Assembly (NCBI RefSeq): GCF_009834535.1
Contig: NC_045698.1
Location: 5,582,001-5,646,000 of the forward strand
Origin: Camelus ferus
Lineage: Eukaryota
Length of the DNA stretch: 64,000 nt
Reading direction: 5' to 3'
Part shown: one piece after another, positions 1 to 11,289 of the stretch
How positions within the stretch are numbered: the first letter of the stretch is position 1
Layout of the letters: every line of letters starts with the position of its first letter
The notes under the pieces: generated by a model
What the model saw: only the letters and a program-made list of their open reading frames with translations
Databases searched by the model: none
What the model was told of the DNA's origin: nothing
Program-made: the position numbers and the translations under genes

Positions 1-102
1 TCACATCTCAAAAGTCCTTTTCACCGTGTGAGGTTACCTATTGACAGGTTTCGGATACCAGGATGTAGACACCTTGTGGGGGGCATTATTCTGCCTGGCA
101 CA
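1..102 (-). mobile_element. MaLR LTR (MLT1C/D-like), 5' end, truncated by window edge
   Basis: GGGGGCATTATTCTGCCTGGCACA is the reverse complement of the typical MLT1 start TGTGGTAGGCAGAATAATGGCCCCC. Confidence 0.75.
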
Positions 103-3100
103 CACATAAAATCCTTAGAACAGTACCTGACATGTGCTAAATACTCACGTATCACATGTTGTTACTTCCTCCTTTTTATTAAAATGCAAAGGTTTCTGTT
201 CTCTTCAACAGAGCCAGCAAGATTTCGGCAAGCCTGCCAGGGGAGTGATTTCACATTCTCTGTTTTTCTGTGACATACTTGTCTGTTCTTCCTGTAACTT
301 AGTATCACATACTTTAGGTTAATATTTAAATATGTAATCTCAACATCATACATCTGACTCTGTTGCTTTCAAGATTTATATTAAGCTATAAATACCGCCT
401 CTACAAAACCACAGTATTCCAAAAACCTGTTAAAACATTTATGCCATTATATCTAATCATGTAGTTTTTACTTTTCCCCAGTGGTGAGAAGTGTTTTTGG
501 ATGTCTGAACTGAAATGCATTTAAATCAAGAAGTCAATTATAAATGTTTGATAAAAACAATATGTGGCTGAAACAGTTGCTTGTCCATTTCAACTTGTAA
601 GCCTTTTTAAGACATAGTAGCCACAATCCAGACTTTGACTGCATTTAGCTAAACCAGAACTTCTCAGTGTGGTTTTTACAAATCATTGTTTTCTTGGTTT
701 TACAGCCTTTTTTTTTTTTGCCAACAAATGCATGCTATATGAATTATAATTTTAACTGAAGAATGAATTTTCCCATAATTATCTTCTCTTGCAACATTTG
801 GGATAAATTTAGTTGCTCTGTGATAAATGTTGAATCTTCAAAATGGGCCATTTTGTTTTCCATTTCCTAAGGTTTGTAAATTTATTAAATGACTATTTCT
901 TTTGGTCCTTTCCGACAATAAAGATAAATCTCTGCAATAAAGACACACATGTGTGCTGGCCAATACATTTTGGCAAAGGATGAGTTGTGGCAGCATTTTA
1001 CCAGGTGGATGAAGTCAGAGGCTGCTCCCTCATGGACCTCCTTCACTCCTACTCACCTGGCTGATGGGTCAACATCTCGATGGCCTGACTGTCCTTCACC
1101 TGGCCACTCTTCAGGATTGCTGTGTTTCCTTGGCTTGTGAGTCTGAAAAATGATATAACACAGCAAAGAATGCCATGTGGTCCTTGCTGCAACCACTCTC
1201 CCTCTGATTTGGTGGAGCCAGGAACAGGCTTGCTTCCTGTGTTCAGTAGAAGTGACAGATTCTCTAAGCTCAGCGTTCTTCTTCCTGGTTATGCACCGTC
1301 GTTCTCCCCCTGGACTTTGGCATCATCCCGTGGGACCTGGGCTTCAAGGAGCCAGCAGGGCTGTGATCATATTCCTGCCACTGCTTTTACTGTGAGTGGT
1401 AAAGTTCTTTGTCTCTGAACTCGGAATTTTGTGTCTTCTGTAGGCGCCCGCAGAATGTGGTGGACTAATTTATTAATGTGTCTTCATTTGGGTGGGAGTT
1501 CTCCTCCACACTGCCAGACTGTCAAGGTAGGCTAAGGTCCTCACAGAGGACTTGTCCTGACAGGCTGCTCATCAAAACCTTCCCCTGCAATGGGTCGCTT
1601 GTCAAGGCGGCTTGGGCTGCAGGTGCTGGTCATCACCCAGGTGGTTCAGATTCATCTAGTGGCTGGAAGTGGCTTAAGAGGAGAAGTACGAAGCCCCTAA
1701 CAGGACTACAAAGAAACCCCCTTACTCAGTCTCTTGTCACTTAAAAAAAAAAAAAATGGGGGGCTTGGCCCTAAGCATAGGCTTTGTGATTAAGAGGGTC
1801 AATAACCTCCCCATGCCCGCTTCCATGTCACAGCCACATGGCGCTGCTAACCAGGTGCCTGCCTGACAGCGGGCCGGTGGCTTCTTGCTCTGCCAGGGCC
1901 ACGTGGCTGGCAAGGGGCAGGGCTGGAACTGGCCGAACTCTCAGCCACGAGGCCAACAGCCTCTCTCATCACAGTGAGGTGGTGAATGATGCATAAAAAC
2001 ACAAGAAGCAGCCAAAAACCGAATTCGTCCGGTTCATTTAAAAATAATTTATGTTTTAACAAAAAATAATAAAAGAGATGAGGATTAATAATTTTGATCA
2101 GAGAATTTTACTTTGTGCTTCATAAATATATACTTCTAAATTCAAAAAGTATGTCTTCTTCAAATCTGCTATGTTTACTAAAAAGTGTCCATTCAAATTG
2201 TCAAAGAGAGAGAAAATGAATTAATTTGTCCAGTCCTTTATTGGGGGAAAGATAAGGGGTGAAAACATCAAGGAGTCGAGAGAGAGGTGCGAAGTTTCTG
2301 TGGTCACTGCGACGGAGAGTGTTGAATTTGACTCGCTGGCTTCTGGAAACCTCGTGTCTAGTTAGTGAGAGAACAGACACGTGTGGTTAAGTGACACAGC
2401 GGGCGTGGGTGTGGACCAGGACAGCGAGGAGGGAGAGCGGGGCACCCAGGGAGGCTCAGCGGCCAGGCAGGCCCCATGTGGCTGCAGCAGTGGGGGAGCC
2501 AAGATGGGCGTTAAACCTGTGAGGGAAGGAGAGCAGCGAGGACAGAGGCGCAGATGGGGACAGTAACGCATGGGGATGGGGAGATGGTACCCTGATGGGT
2601 CTGGAAAGTGAACAACTCATTAGGAGAGAATTTGAAGGTGACACCTGAAGGTTGGACTGAAGCCAAGCTGAGCAGGACCTTGAGTATTAGACTGAGGACA
2701 CAGTCGTTGCCAAAGGATTGTGAGGGGAGAGAAAAAAAGAAGGTAGGGAAGATAGGAGGAAACTGCAGGAAACTGTGTACCGACTGTAAGCCGCTACAGT
2801 TCTGAGTATTAAAAATGCCATCCGATCCAACTCCCACAGATCCTGGGAGGGGTAGTTTTGTCTCCCTTTCACAGAGAAACTGAGGCTCAAATATTCAAAT
2901 AGGTGACGTCCTTGCTAATTGGTAGTAGCCAACCTTTTTGCTTGAGTTTTCACACTGCTGGAGGTAGGCAAGTCCAAATTTCAAAGCAGACCCATCCAGC
3001 CCCAAAATGTGGGCTTCTGCCATTGTACTGTTCAGTGACAAAGTGATCTGATTTCAGCCTCTCAGGCATTAAAGCGTAGGTGGATTAGAGTGGGAGAGAT

Positions 3101-3159
3101 TGAAAGAAGATACACGTTAATAATGATATTAATGATAATAATGATGATGATGATATTAA

Positions 3160-3385
3160 TAGCTACCGTCTGTGGTTCACACAGGTGTGCCAGCTACTAG
3201 CGACCTCTAGAGTCTCTCATCCGCCCAGTAATGTACAAGTTAAGTAAGACTATACACGCTTTAAAGAAACGAGAGTCAAAGAGGTTAAGAAACTTGCGAG
3301 GAATGATGAAATTATCAAGGCAAAGCTTGAAATTTGAACTGGGATCTGGCTGGCTCCAGAGCCATCACATTCAACTCTTCACTGC
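3160..3385 (-). mobile_element. MIR SINE remnant (a second fragment lies at about 2845-2925)
   Basis: Degenerate MIR core: GAGAGTCAAAGAGGTTAAGAAACTTGC...TTTGAACTGGGATCTGGCTGGCTCCAGAGCC; GAAACTGAGGCTCA near 2877. Confidence 0.6.
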
Positions 3386-4321
3386 GTTCTGGGCACCACT
3401 GAAATATCCAGATGAGACGGTACAAGAGCAGGGTCCCAGGAGAAGTGGGGGAAGACAGAAGCCATCATCTCACCCAGCTGGGCGCACTGGGGTCAGGCTC
3501 ACCTTGCCTTGGTTCTCCTTGGACTCAGCAGTGAGACCTCTTTTTATCTCTCTTCACTCCCTTTGTAGTTTGGGGGATTGTACTGAAATCCCAACAACGT
3601 GTGTTAGTGAGTCTCTGATGGTAGGAGGAAGGTAGGAATCCCGTGTCTGAGGAAACCACAGTTCTGGTTACTAGCAGAGGAAATCCATGACGGCCATCTT
3701 AATCAAAGACGGAACCCTCTCAGGAGCTCAGAGAAGAAACTGGAGGACAGAGTTTGAGACCCGGACAGGCATCAAGGTGAACGGGGCAGCAGTGAGCCTA
3801 CCAGAGGTCATGCCATGGGCAGAGTTTCCTCTGCACAGCATCACCACTGCCTCCAGGAGTAATGCGATTGCCAAGTGACCCACCTCTGGGAGTCACTTGT
3901 TCAGGATATAAAGCCCAGGGAGAGAACATTTGATTGGCTGTACCTGAGTCAATTTCTTCAAACAGGTGCATAAAACACCTGTATAACACGGTGCTCCTTT
4001 CATAGGTGTAGAAATTTCACCAGTGACTTTGCGGAGATGTGTACTGGTGGGATAAGTTCCTTGAGACCATGATCAGATCAGAGTCAACGTATCGTGAAGT
4101 CTGATTATAAGTGTGTTCATCTAGGCATTCTGCTGCCATGCAGTTTGAAAGAGGGCCATGTGCATACTTCATTTCCTCTTGCTTCTGTAGTGGAGTTCCC
4201 GTGGCTGGCTTCCAAATGGAATGTATTTTAAATCACAGCCACTGGCTGACTGTTAACAGTGACTTCAGGAAGTTACTGAAGACAGACTATTCTACCATTA
4301 ATTCAGTCATCTGAAGACATA

Positions 4322-5820
4322 CTTCCTCGTGATGAATCAGATCAAGCTGGAAGCATGATAAATTTAATTATAAGTGACTTTGTGTGGGTGCTGCCATTTT
4401 TTAACACATTCACTGAATCTTACGGAATAATTTTTCTTACCTGCTTGAGCATTAAAACTGAGGCAGGGCCAAAACAAAGTCAGGGAAAATAATAAATTTG
4501 CTGGTAATTAAAAGGCAAGCTGGCCTCTGGACCAGCAGTTCTCCTATTTTTTTTTTAGTTTTTTTTTTTTAACATTTTTTATTGATTTATAATCATTTTA
4601 CAATGTTGTGTCAAATTCCAGTGTAGAGCACAATTTTTCAGTTATACATGAACATATATATATTCATTGTCACATTTTTTTCTCTGTGAGCTACCATAAG
4701 ATCTTGTATTTATTTCCCTGTGTTATACAGTATAATATTGTTTATCTATTCTACAATTTTGAAATCCCAGTCTATCCCTTCCTACCCCCTGCCCCCTTGG
4801 CAACCACAAGTTTGTATTCTCTGTCTATGAGACTATTTCTGTTTTGTATTTATGCTTTTTTTTTTTAATTCCACATATAAGCAACCTCACATGGTATTTT
4901 TCTTTCTCTTTCTGGCTTACTTCACTTAGAATGACATTCTCCAGGAGCATCCATGTTGCTGCAAATGGCATTATGTTGTCGGTTTTTATGGCTGAGTAGT
5001 ATTCCATTGTATAAATATACCACATCTTCTTTATCCAGTCATCCGTTGATGGACATTTAGGAGTTACCATATGACCCATGAATCCTGCTCCTGGGCTTAT
5101 ATCCAGAAGGAGCCCTACTTCAGGATGACACCTGCACCCCAATGTTCATAGCAGCACTATTTACAATAGCCAAGACATGGAAACAACCTAAATGTCCATC
5201 AACAAACAACTGGATAAAGTTCTCCTATTTAGAGTAAAACTTCCCAGGTGTAGTCCACTGGGTTCTTCTTTTTATGAATGTGCACATAATTAGATACAAC
5301 CTGATTCTCTCAGCTTTGAGGGCCTGTGACTATGTGATGGTGTTACCAGCAGTTGGAAGGACAAATCCACCTCTTAGGAAGTGGAAAAGTCCTGACACGC
5401 CCTTGAGGGCCAAGGAGCCGCTGGACTTGGTGCTGATGGGTCCAGTAGCTCAGCAAAGTTACAGGGGACCAGATTTCTGTCTCTTCAGTCCCTTGTCCAC
5501 AGTCCAGCTCCTGCCAGGGATGGTTCCCTGAAGGTGGAGGGAGAGGACCTGGGGCTCCAGTGTCCCTAATTCATACCTGGGGATGGAGAGGGCTGCTCCT
5601 GGGCATGCCTCAGGAAAGCAACAGGAAATTTCTCTGAAGCTGGTGGCAAACCTCTCCTTATATTTCATTGGTTCAGACAGTGTCATGTTTCCCCTCCATA
5701 TCCAAGCAGTGGCAATGGAGGGGGGCTGAGTTTGATTGACTTAGATTATTCAAGGGGCCCACCTGCAGTTAGGAGTGAGTTATTGAGTTAATATTTAAAG
5801 TGATATTCTGAAGTACTGTG
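4322..5820 (+). repeat. Diverged tandem duplication, copy 1 (interrupted by L1 at 4550-5217)
   Basis: Collinear matches to copy 2: AATCAGATCAAGCTGGAAGCATGA / AATCAGACCAAGCTGGAAACATGA; TAATTAAAAGGCAAGCT in both; GTTATTGAGTTAATATTTA at 5779 and 6659. Confidence 0.9.
4550..5217 (-). mobile_element. Young 5'-truncated L1 with 5' inversion (ORF2 C-terminus, 3'UTR, polyA)
   Basis: Poly-T at about 4547-4570; minus-strand ORF2p tail PKCPSTDDWIKKMWYIYTMEYYSAIK; 5061-5217 is L1 in the opposite orientation; TSD AGTTCTCCTATTT at 4537-4549 and 5218-5230. Confidence 0.95.
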
Positions 5821-5859
5821 TCGGTGCCTAGACTATAGTTAGGAATAGTCTAGCATTAA

Positions 5860-6700
5860 TTCCTCCTCATAATAAATCAGACCAAGCTGGAAACATGAAA
5901 ATTCAATTATTACTGACTTTGTGTGGATGTTGCTGTTCTTTTACACATTCACCCAGTCACATGGAATAAAATTTCTAATTTGCATGAGTGTTAAGAAAGA
6001 GGAAGCACAGAAAACACAGCCCAGAAAAGAAAAATAACAAACTTGTCTATAATTAAAAGGCAAGCTTGTCTTTGGGACCATGTCTCCTATTTAGAAAAAC
6101 TTCCCAGACTCAGTCCACTGGATGGTTCTCTTTATCAATAATGTACATTGTCCACTTAATTGTAAACAACCTGATTCTTTCTTTGGTGAATTATTTGAAG
6201 TGTTTTCAGTCACATGAGACTACCCATATCTGCCCTGATCAGCAAGAAAGAGCCCGGGACTCTCACCCTGGAGACCCAAGGTCCCATTGCTTCCACGTTG
6301 ATGGGCTCCATTGCTCAGGTGAGTCATGTGGGCCTCAGGTTTAATGTCCCCCTCCCAGCCTTCCTGGTCTACAGCCCATCTCTTTCTAGGGCTGGTTTCC
6401 TGAGCGCGGGGGCTGCTAGGACTTCGGACGCCAGGATTTCTCCTTCACACTTGGAAATGGGGAGGATAGTTCTGCACACTCTCCTGGGAGTTTCCTCTGG
6501 AGCCAGTGGCAGACCTCTTTTATTCTCCCTTGGCCAGAACTGTGCCATCTCTATTCTGGGACCAACCACAGGAAATAGAATTAACTTCAACAGAAGAAAA
6601 GAAAGGGTTTGAATCCGGATTGCTTGGTTAACTAGGAGCCACACTTGTCATTAGGGATGTTATTGAGTTAATATTTAGAATAATATTTTGAAGCACACTG
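5860..6700 (+). repeat. Diverged tandem duplication, copy 2 (no L1)
   Basis: Collinear with 4322-5820; carries the uninterrupted site TCTCCTATTTAGAAAAACTTCCCAG at about 6083-6107. Confidence 0.9.
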
Positions 6701-6719
6701 ATTCAATATACTAAATGAG

Positions 6720-6780
6720 AAGAGGAAAGAAGGATGGAAGGAAGGAAGGGAGGAAGGGAGGAAGGAAGAAAAGAAGGAAG
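6720..6780. repeat. (GGAA)n-like purine simple repeat
   Basis: Read directly from the sequence. Confidence 0.9.
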
Positions 6781-7289
6781 TGAAGTCAGCTTCTTATAAA
6801 ACCACCTGGGCTGCCTGGGGAGCATTATTCTCAATACAATTAGGATATGTCAAGGAGGAACAATAAAGAGACACTGGTAAATAAAAATTAAAAAGTAAAT
6901 GTATGTATCTACCTATATGTTTATTTCTATCTCTGTGTGTGACGGGGTGTGTTAATTAAAAAAATAATACTAGGTACTCTTTAGTTGCTTTATTTTTTTT
7001 TGTTTTTGGTGGTGTGGGAGCTTCACAAGGAAAGAATAAAGCATTACCATCCCCAACTCCTATATGAGTATATGAGAACTAAAGGCCTTCTCTCTATTTC
7101 TTAAAGTCTGAAGTACTTGTACTGCTTTCCAAGAGGGGGAGGAAGAGGTGACAGTTTTTTGCTTCAGGCTCATTAAGGAGCATGATTATGTATTTTTCCA
7201 GAGCTGAGACTAGTGAGCTGAGGCAGCAGACCTGGCCTGCAGCGTGGGGTGGAGGACGCTGGTGGGTCTGGGAAGCCTGGAACATGCAT

Positions 7290-8000
7290 CCGTTAGTAGA
7301 TAGGGGGCTACTCAGATTTTCAATTTTTTCTTGTGTCAGCTTCGTACTGAGGAATGTGTCCACTTTATCTAGATTGCCAAGTTTATTGACATAACATTGT
7401 TCACATTATTTCCTTACCTCTCTCCTAATATTTGGAGACTATGTAGTGATGCCCAATCTTTTATCCTTGATATTGGTAAGTTGTGTCTCTTTCTTTTATT
7501 TTATTGATCATTCTAGTTAGAAATGCATCAATTTTATTGATCTTCTTAAAGATCCAGCTTTGCTTTCCTTAATTTTCTATTGTCCATTTTATATTTTGTT
7601 TAATTAAGAACTTATTTTTATTTTTTCCTACTTTATACATTCTTTGCAGTTAATCTGCTCTTTTTTCTAGATTCTTATGGTAGATAATTAATTTTAGATC
7701 TTTTACCATTTTTAATTTAAGCTAATTCTATGCAAATTCCTGAAGCAATTGCTTTAGCTATATCCCGCAAATGTTGGTGTGTTATATTTTCATTTTCGTT
7801 CAGTTCACATCTTTTAATTTTGTGGGATTTAGCTTTGATCTGTGGATTGTTTCAAAGTGTGTTGTTGAATTCCCAAGTATTTGGGGTATTTTTCAGACAT
7901 TGGTCTTATATTTAATTGAGTTTTGTTGCTGTTATATGACATACTCTGTACTGTTTCATCACTTTTAAAGCTATTGCAACTTGTGTGTAGAATTCTGTGA
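7290..8000 (-). mobile_element. Old L1 (L1M-type) ORF2 fragment
   Basis: T-rich; minus strand translates DTFLSTKLTQEKIENLSSP, resembling ORF2p; GCTTTAGCTATATCCCGCAAAT motif. Confidence 0.8.
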
Positions 8001-8492
8001 CCTGCAGAGCAGGGATAAGCCAACAACAGGCAAACAAATGAGATATCTATAGAACGATGCTGTGTTATAAATGATTATGCGCCTTATTTGATAGCATTTG
8101 GGATTTATCTCATGTCAAGAGAAGATTTGGAAAGATTTTAAATAGAGAATAACATAAGCAAATCTATAAAATTTTTAAATTAAATGAAAAATAAAAATAA
8201 AAAGAACAGTTGTAGTTAGTGCAAAATTTTGAGAACAAGATTGTTTTGAAAATTTGTAACAGTAATCATCATAACATATTAATAAAATGATATACAATAA
8301 TCTTTAGATTGAAAAAGAGAAAGAAAACAAAACAAAATCTCCAGATTCCTTAAACACACAGGAGTTAGAGGCATCCACAGAAAACAAATTCTTCTCTTTG
8401 AAAATTAATAGTAAAATAAGCCCAGCATTTAAGATGAAAAGTGTTATGTCAAAATGAATTAAAAATCAAATGATACCTACCTAATAGCCTCA

Positions 8493-9089
8493 TGTCATAG
8501 GCAGGGTGTTACTGCCCCCCTCCCCCTACATTTCCAGGTGCTGATCCCTGGAGATATCGTGCTCATAAATGTGTCACCTGGCAAAGGGATTTTGCACGTG
8601 TAATTAAGGTTTCTAATCAGTTGACCTTAACGTAGGGAAATTATCCTGAACTACTGGTCGAGCTAGAAGGTCATGACATAGGTGCTTAAAGGGAGAAGAG
8701 AAGGGTAGACGTGAAGCCAGGAATTCCAGGCCCTCAGAGGATTTGACTGCTGCCACCGACTTTGAACATGGATGGGGCCGTACGCCAAGGAGAGTGGGTG
8801 ATCTCTAGCATGGAAAAAACCAAGCCCTCAGGCCACAGCAACAAGGAATGGGGGACCTCAGTCCCACAGCCACACAGAACTGGTGAGCACGGATGTGGAC
8901 TCTCTCCCAGAGCTCCAGGTGAGAACCTAGCTGGCTTGCACCTGGATTTTTGCCTGGTGACTCTGGTGACTCTGGTGACCCTTGAGACATCTGGACTTCT
9001 GACCTGCAGAAATGTGAGACAGTAAACAGGTGTGGTTTAAGCCATCATTTTTGTGGTAAATGCTTGTGCAATCATAGAAAACTAACACA
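8493..9089 (+). mobile_element. MaLR LTR (MLT1D/E-like)
   Basis: GGCAAAGGGATTTTGCACGTGTAATTAAGG...GGACTTCTGACCTGCAGAAATGTGAGA...ATAGAAAACTAACACA, typical MLT1 landmarks. Confidence 0.85.
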
Positions 9090-11289
9090 TCTCACTGAGG
9101 TTAAACACTTACTGTTACTGGTTATCCAACTAATAAAACTGAGAAAGAACTCTGAGGGAAGAAAGAACAAATACACCTTCTCTACTGTGGGAAACAGAGT
9201 TTTTTTCTTCTCGGGCATTCTGCTGGCTGTGAGAGCGTCATTGGTGAGGAGGCTGCGAACGTCGGGGCTGGGGTAATACTGGCCCAGGGATGGTGTCTCG
9301 ATCAAAGGGCTGTCTGCAGAGCAGCTAAAATGCCACACTAATCTACTTCACAGTTTCCAGGGTAAGATGGCCCTTCAACTTTGGGCACTAAAGAGAGAGG
9401 AAATCGTCTCCTCCCTCCCGGTCTTCAGGGATGTTCCCCTAAGGTGGGATATGAGTGGGGGGAGAAACCCATCAAACTGGAGAATGGATTGCAGCTCAGG
9501 ATTAGGAAGCAAGTGGTATCTCAGTTTAAATGGAGTGGGAAAAATAAGGACAGAGGAAAGAGAGAAGAAATGGAGCCATGCTCATCAGGGAGAATTGTTC
9601 TTTTTGGGGGGGATTATAATTTTACTGGAAATACAAGATGATGGAATCAGTAACTGTCTTTTCTAACACAGACGACCTAGAGACGGGATGTATTTAACAT
9701 GTCTGGTTTGTGAAGTGTGTGGCTGCCCTGTGCAGAATTCCAGTTTTATGTGGACACAAAACAGAGTTAAATGTTAAAGATTTCCAGGTAAGGAAAGTTA
9801 ACAACCCTTCACAGAACCCTTTACAAGAATTAGGGCTTCTGATTTCATTCTTGGTTTCACTCTGTATCCAGAGTGGTCCTTCTCCCAACGTCTCTCATAA
9901 GATATAGTAGGAAGATGCTCGTGAGATTCAGAGTTTCTGTTTTTGTGGTTTTTTGGGGTGGCCTAGCATGCATTAAACTATTGATTTTTACTGAAGTTCA
10001 TTTCATTACCTCAAGATTTCTCTTTTAGTCTCTATAAGAATTTCCAGCTGTTTTTCTTGTGAGTTTGATTTAATTTAATTGGTCATCAGTTTTTTGTTCT
10101 TTTTCCCCTTTGTGTTTAGCTTTTACTACCATCGTATTTATCAGGTATTTCCCCCATCTGGGGTCAAGCTGATGGCCATGGATATGAAGCCCGCACAAAC
10201 TCCAAGATTGGCAGTATCATTGTTTTCCTGTAGGTTACGTTACTGAGTGTTTTAAGCAATTCGTTTGTCTGAAGTCCTCATTTCAAATACATGTGCTGTT
10301 AATCTGTCCATAATCTTGTCCAGTAGAAAGTACCTTAAATTTTAAAGCCTCATTCAGAGTCCATTAACTAAACGTTCATAATAGTTAGAGCTTTAAATGT
10401 ACAAATTCTATGAAAAAGGCAGGCCCTGAAAAATAACAGTAATTCAGATAAAAGGCATATTCCTCCCAGGAATGAATGACTTAGTAAATTTTCATGTCTG
10501 TGTTTTAAAATATCTCAAATACCTACCCCTCCAAGAAGCCTTATCTGATACGACACTTCAGTCTCCTTGAGCAGACGAGCATTTGGGGCTTTAACCCTCT
10601 CGGACACTCACATTCTATTTTGTGTTAACGCTTTCTATAATTGCCTGATAACCCCCTGACTCATAGTTTTCTCACTATAGAGAAGGGATAATTTATTTTA
10701 ATAACCTGTCTCTATCAACTGGTAAAGAGCCTAAATATAATATGACTTTGGACAACCCTTCTGGCTTGGAGTTCTCACCATCTGTTCATTTAAATATGCA
10801 CAAGTAATTCATTGCATTCCAGGTATGTCTAGGTCTGGGGAAATACTGGCAATGCTTTAGGATTCTCAATCTTTTTTTGAACCAAACCCTGCATTCTAGA
10901 CTCATGAATGAAAAGGTTGATTTGCACAGTCCTCTGGCTAGAATGAATCTCTATCCAACCCACCCCTGCTCCCTATTTAATGATAGTTTGTCATAATCAG
11001 TGGTCTTCTCTGTCCCCTCTTGTTTCGTGGGCAGACTCTTTGCAGCTACACTGCTTTGCTCATGGCGGACAGATACGTATCATTTAATCAGTAACGAAGA
11101 TGCAGGTCCCTTCATTACGGTCTCTGACCTGTTAGAATTAACGCACTGTGTTACAAGACAGTGTAGCCTGAGTCAAAGCAATGGTCTCTGGAGTCAGGTA
11201 TCTCGGGCTTTCTAACAGCTCAGACACATAGTTCCCCCAATGCATAATCGCTTAACCACTTTAGAGGATTGTTTTGCGTTTAAGTAACA

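Noticed and set aside
8954..8980. Triple 9-bp repeat CTGGTGACT
   Set aside because: Local slippage inside an MLT1 LTR
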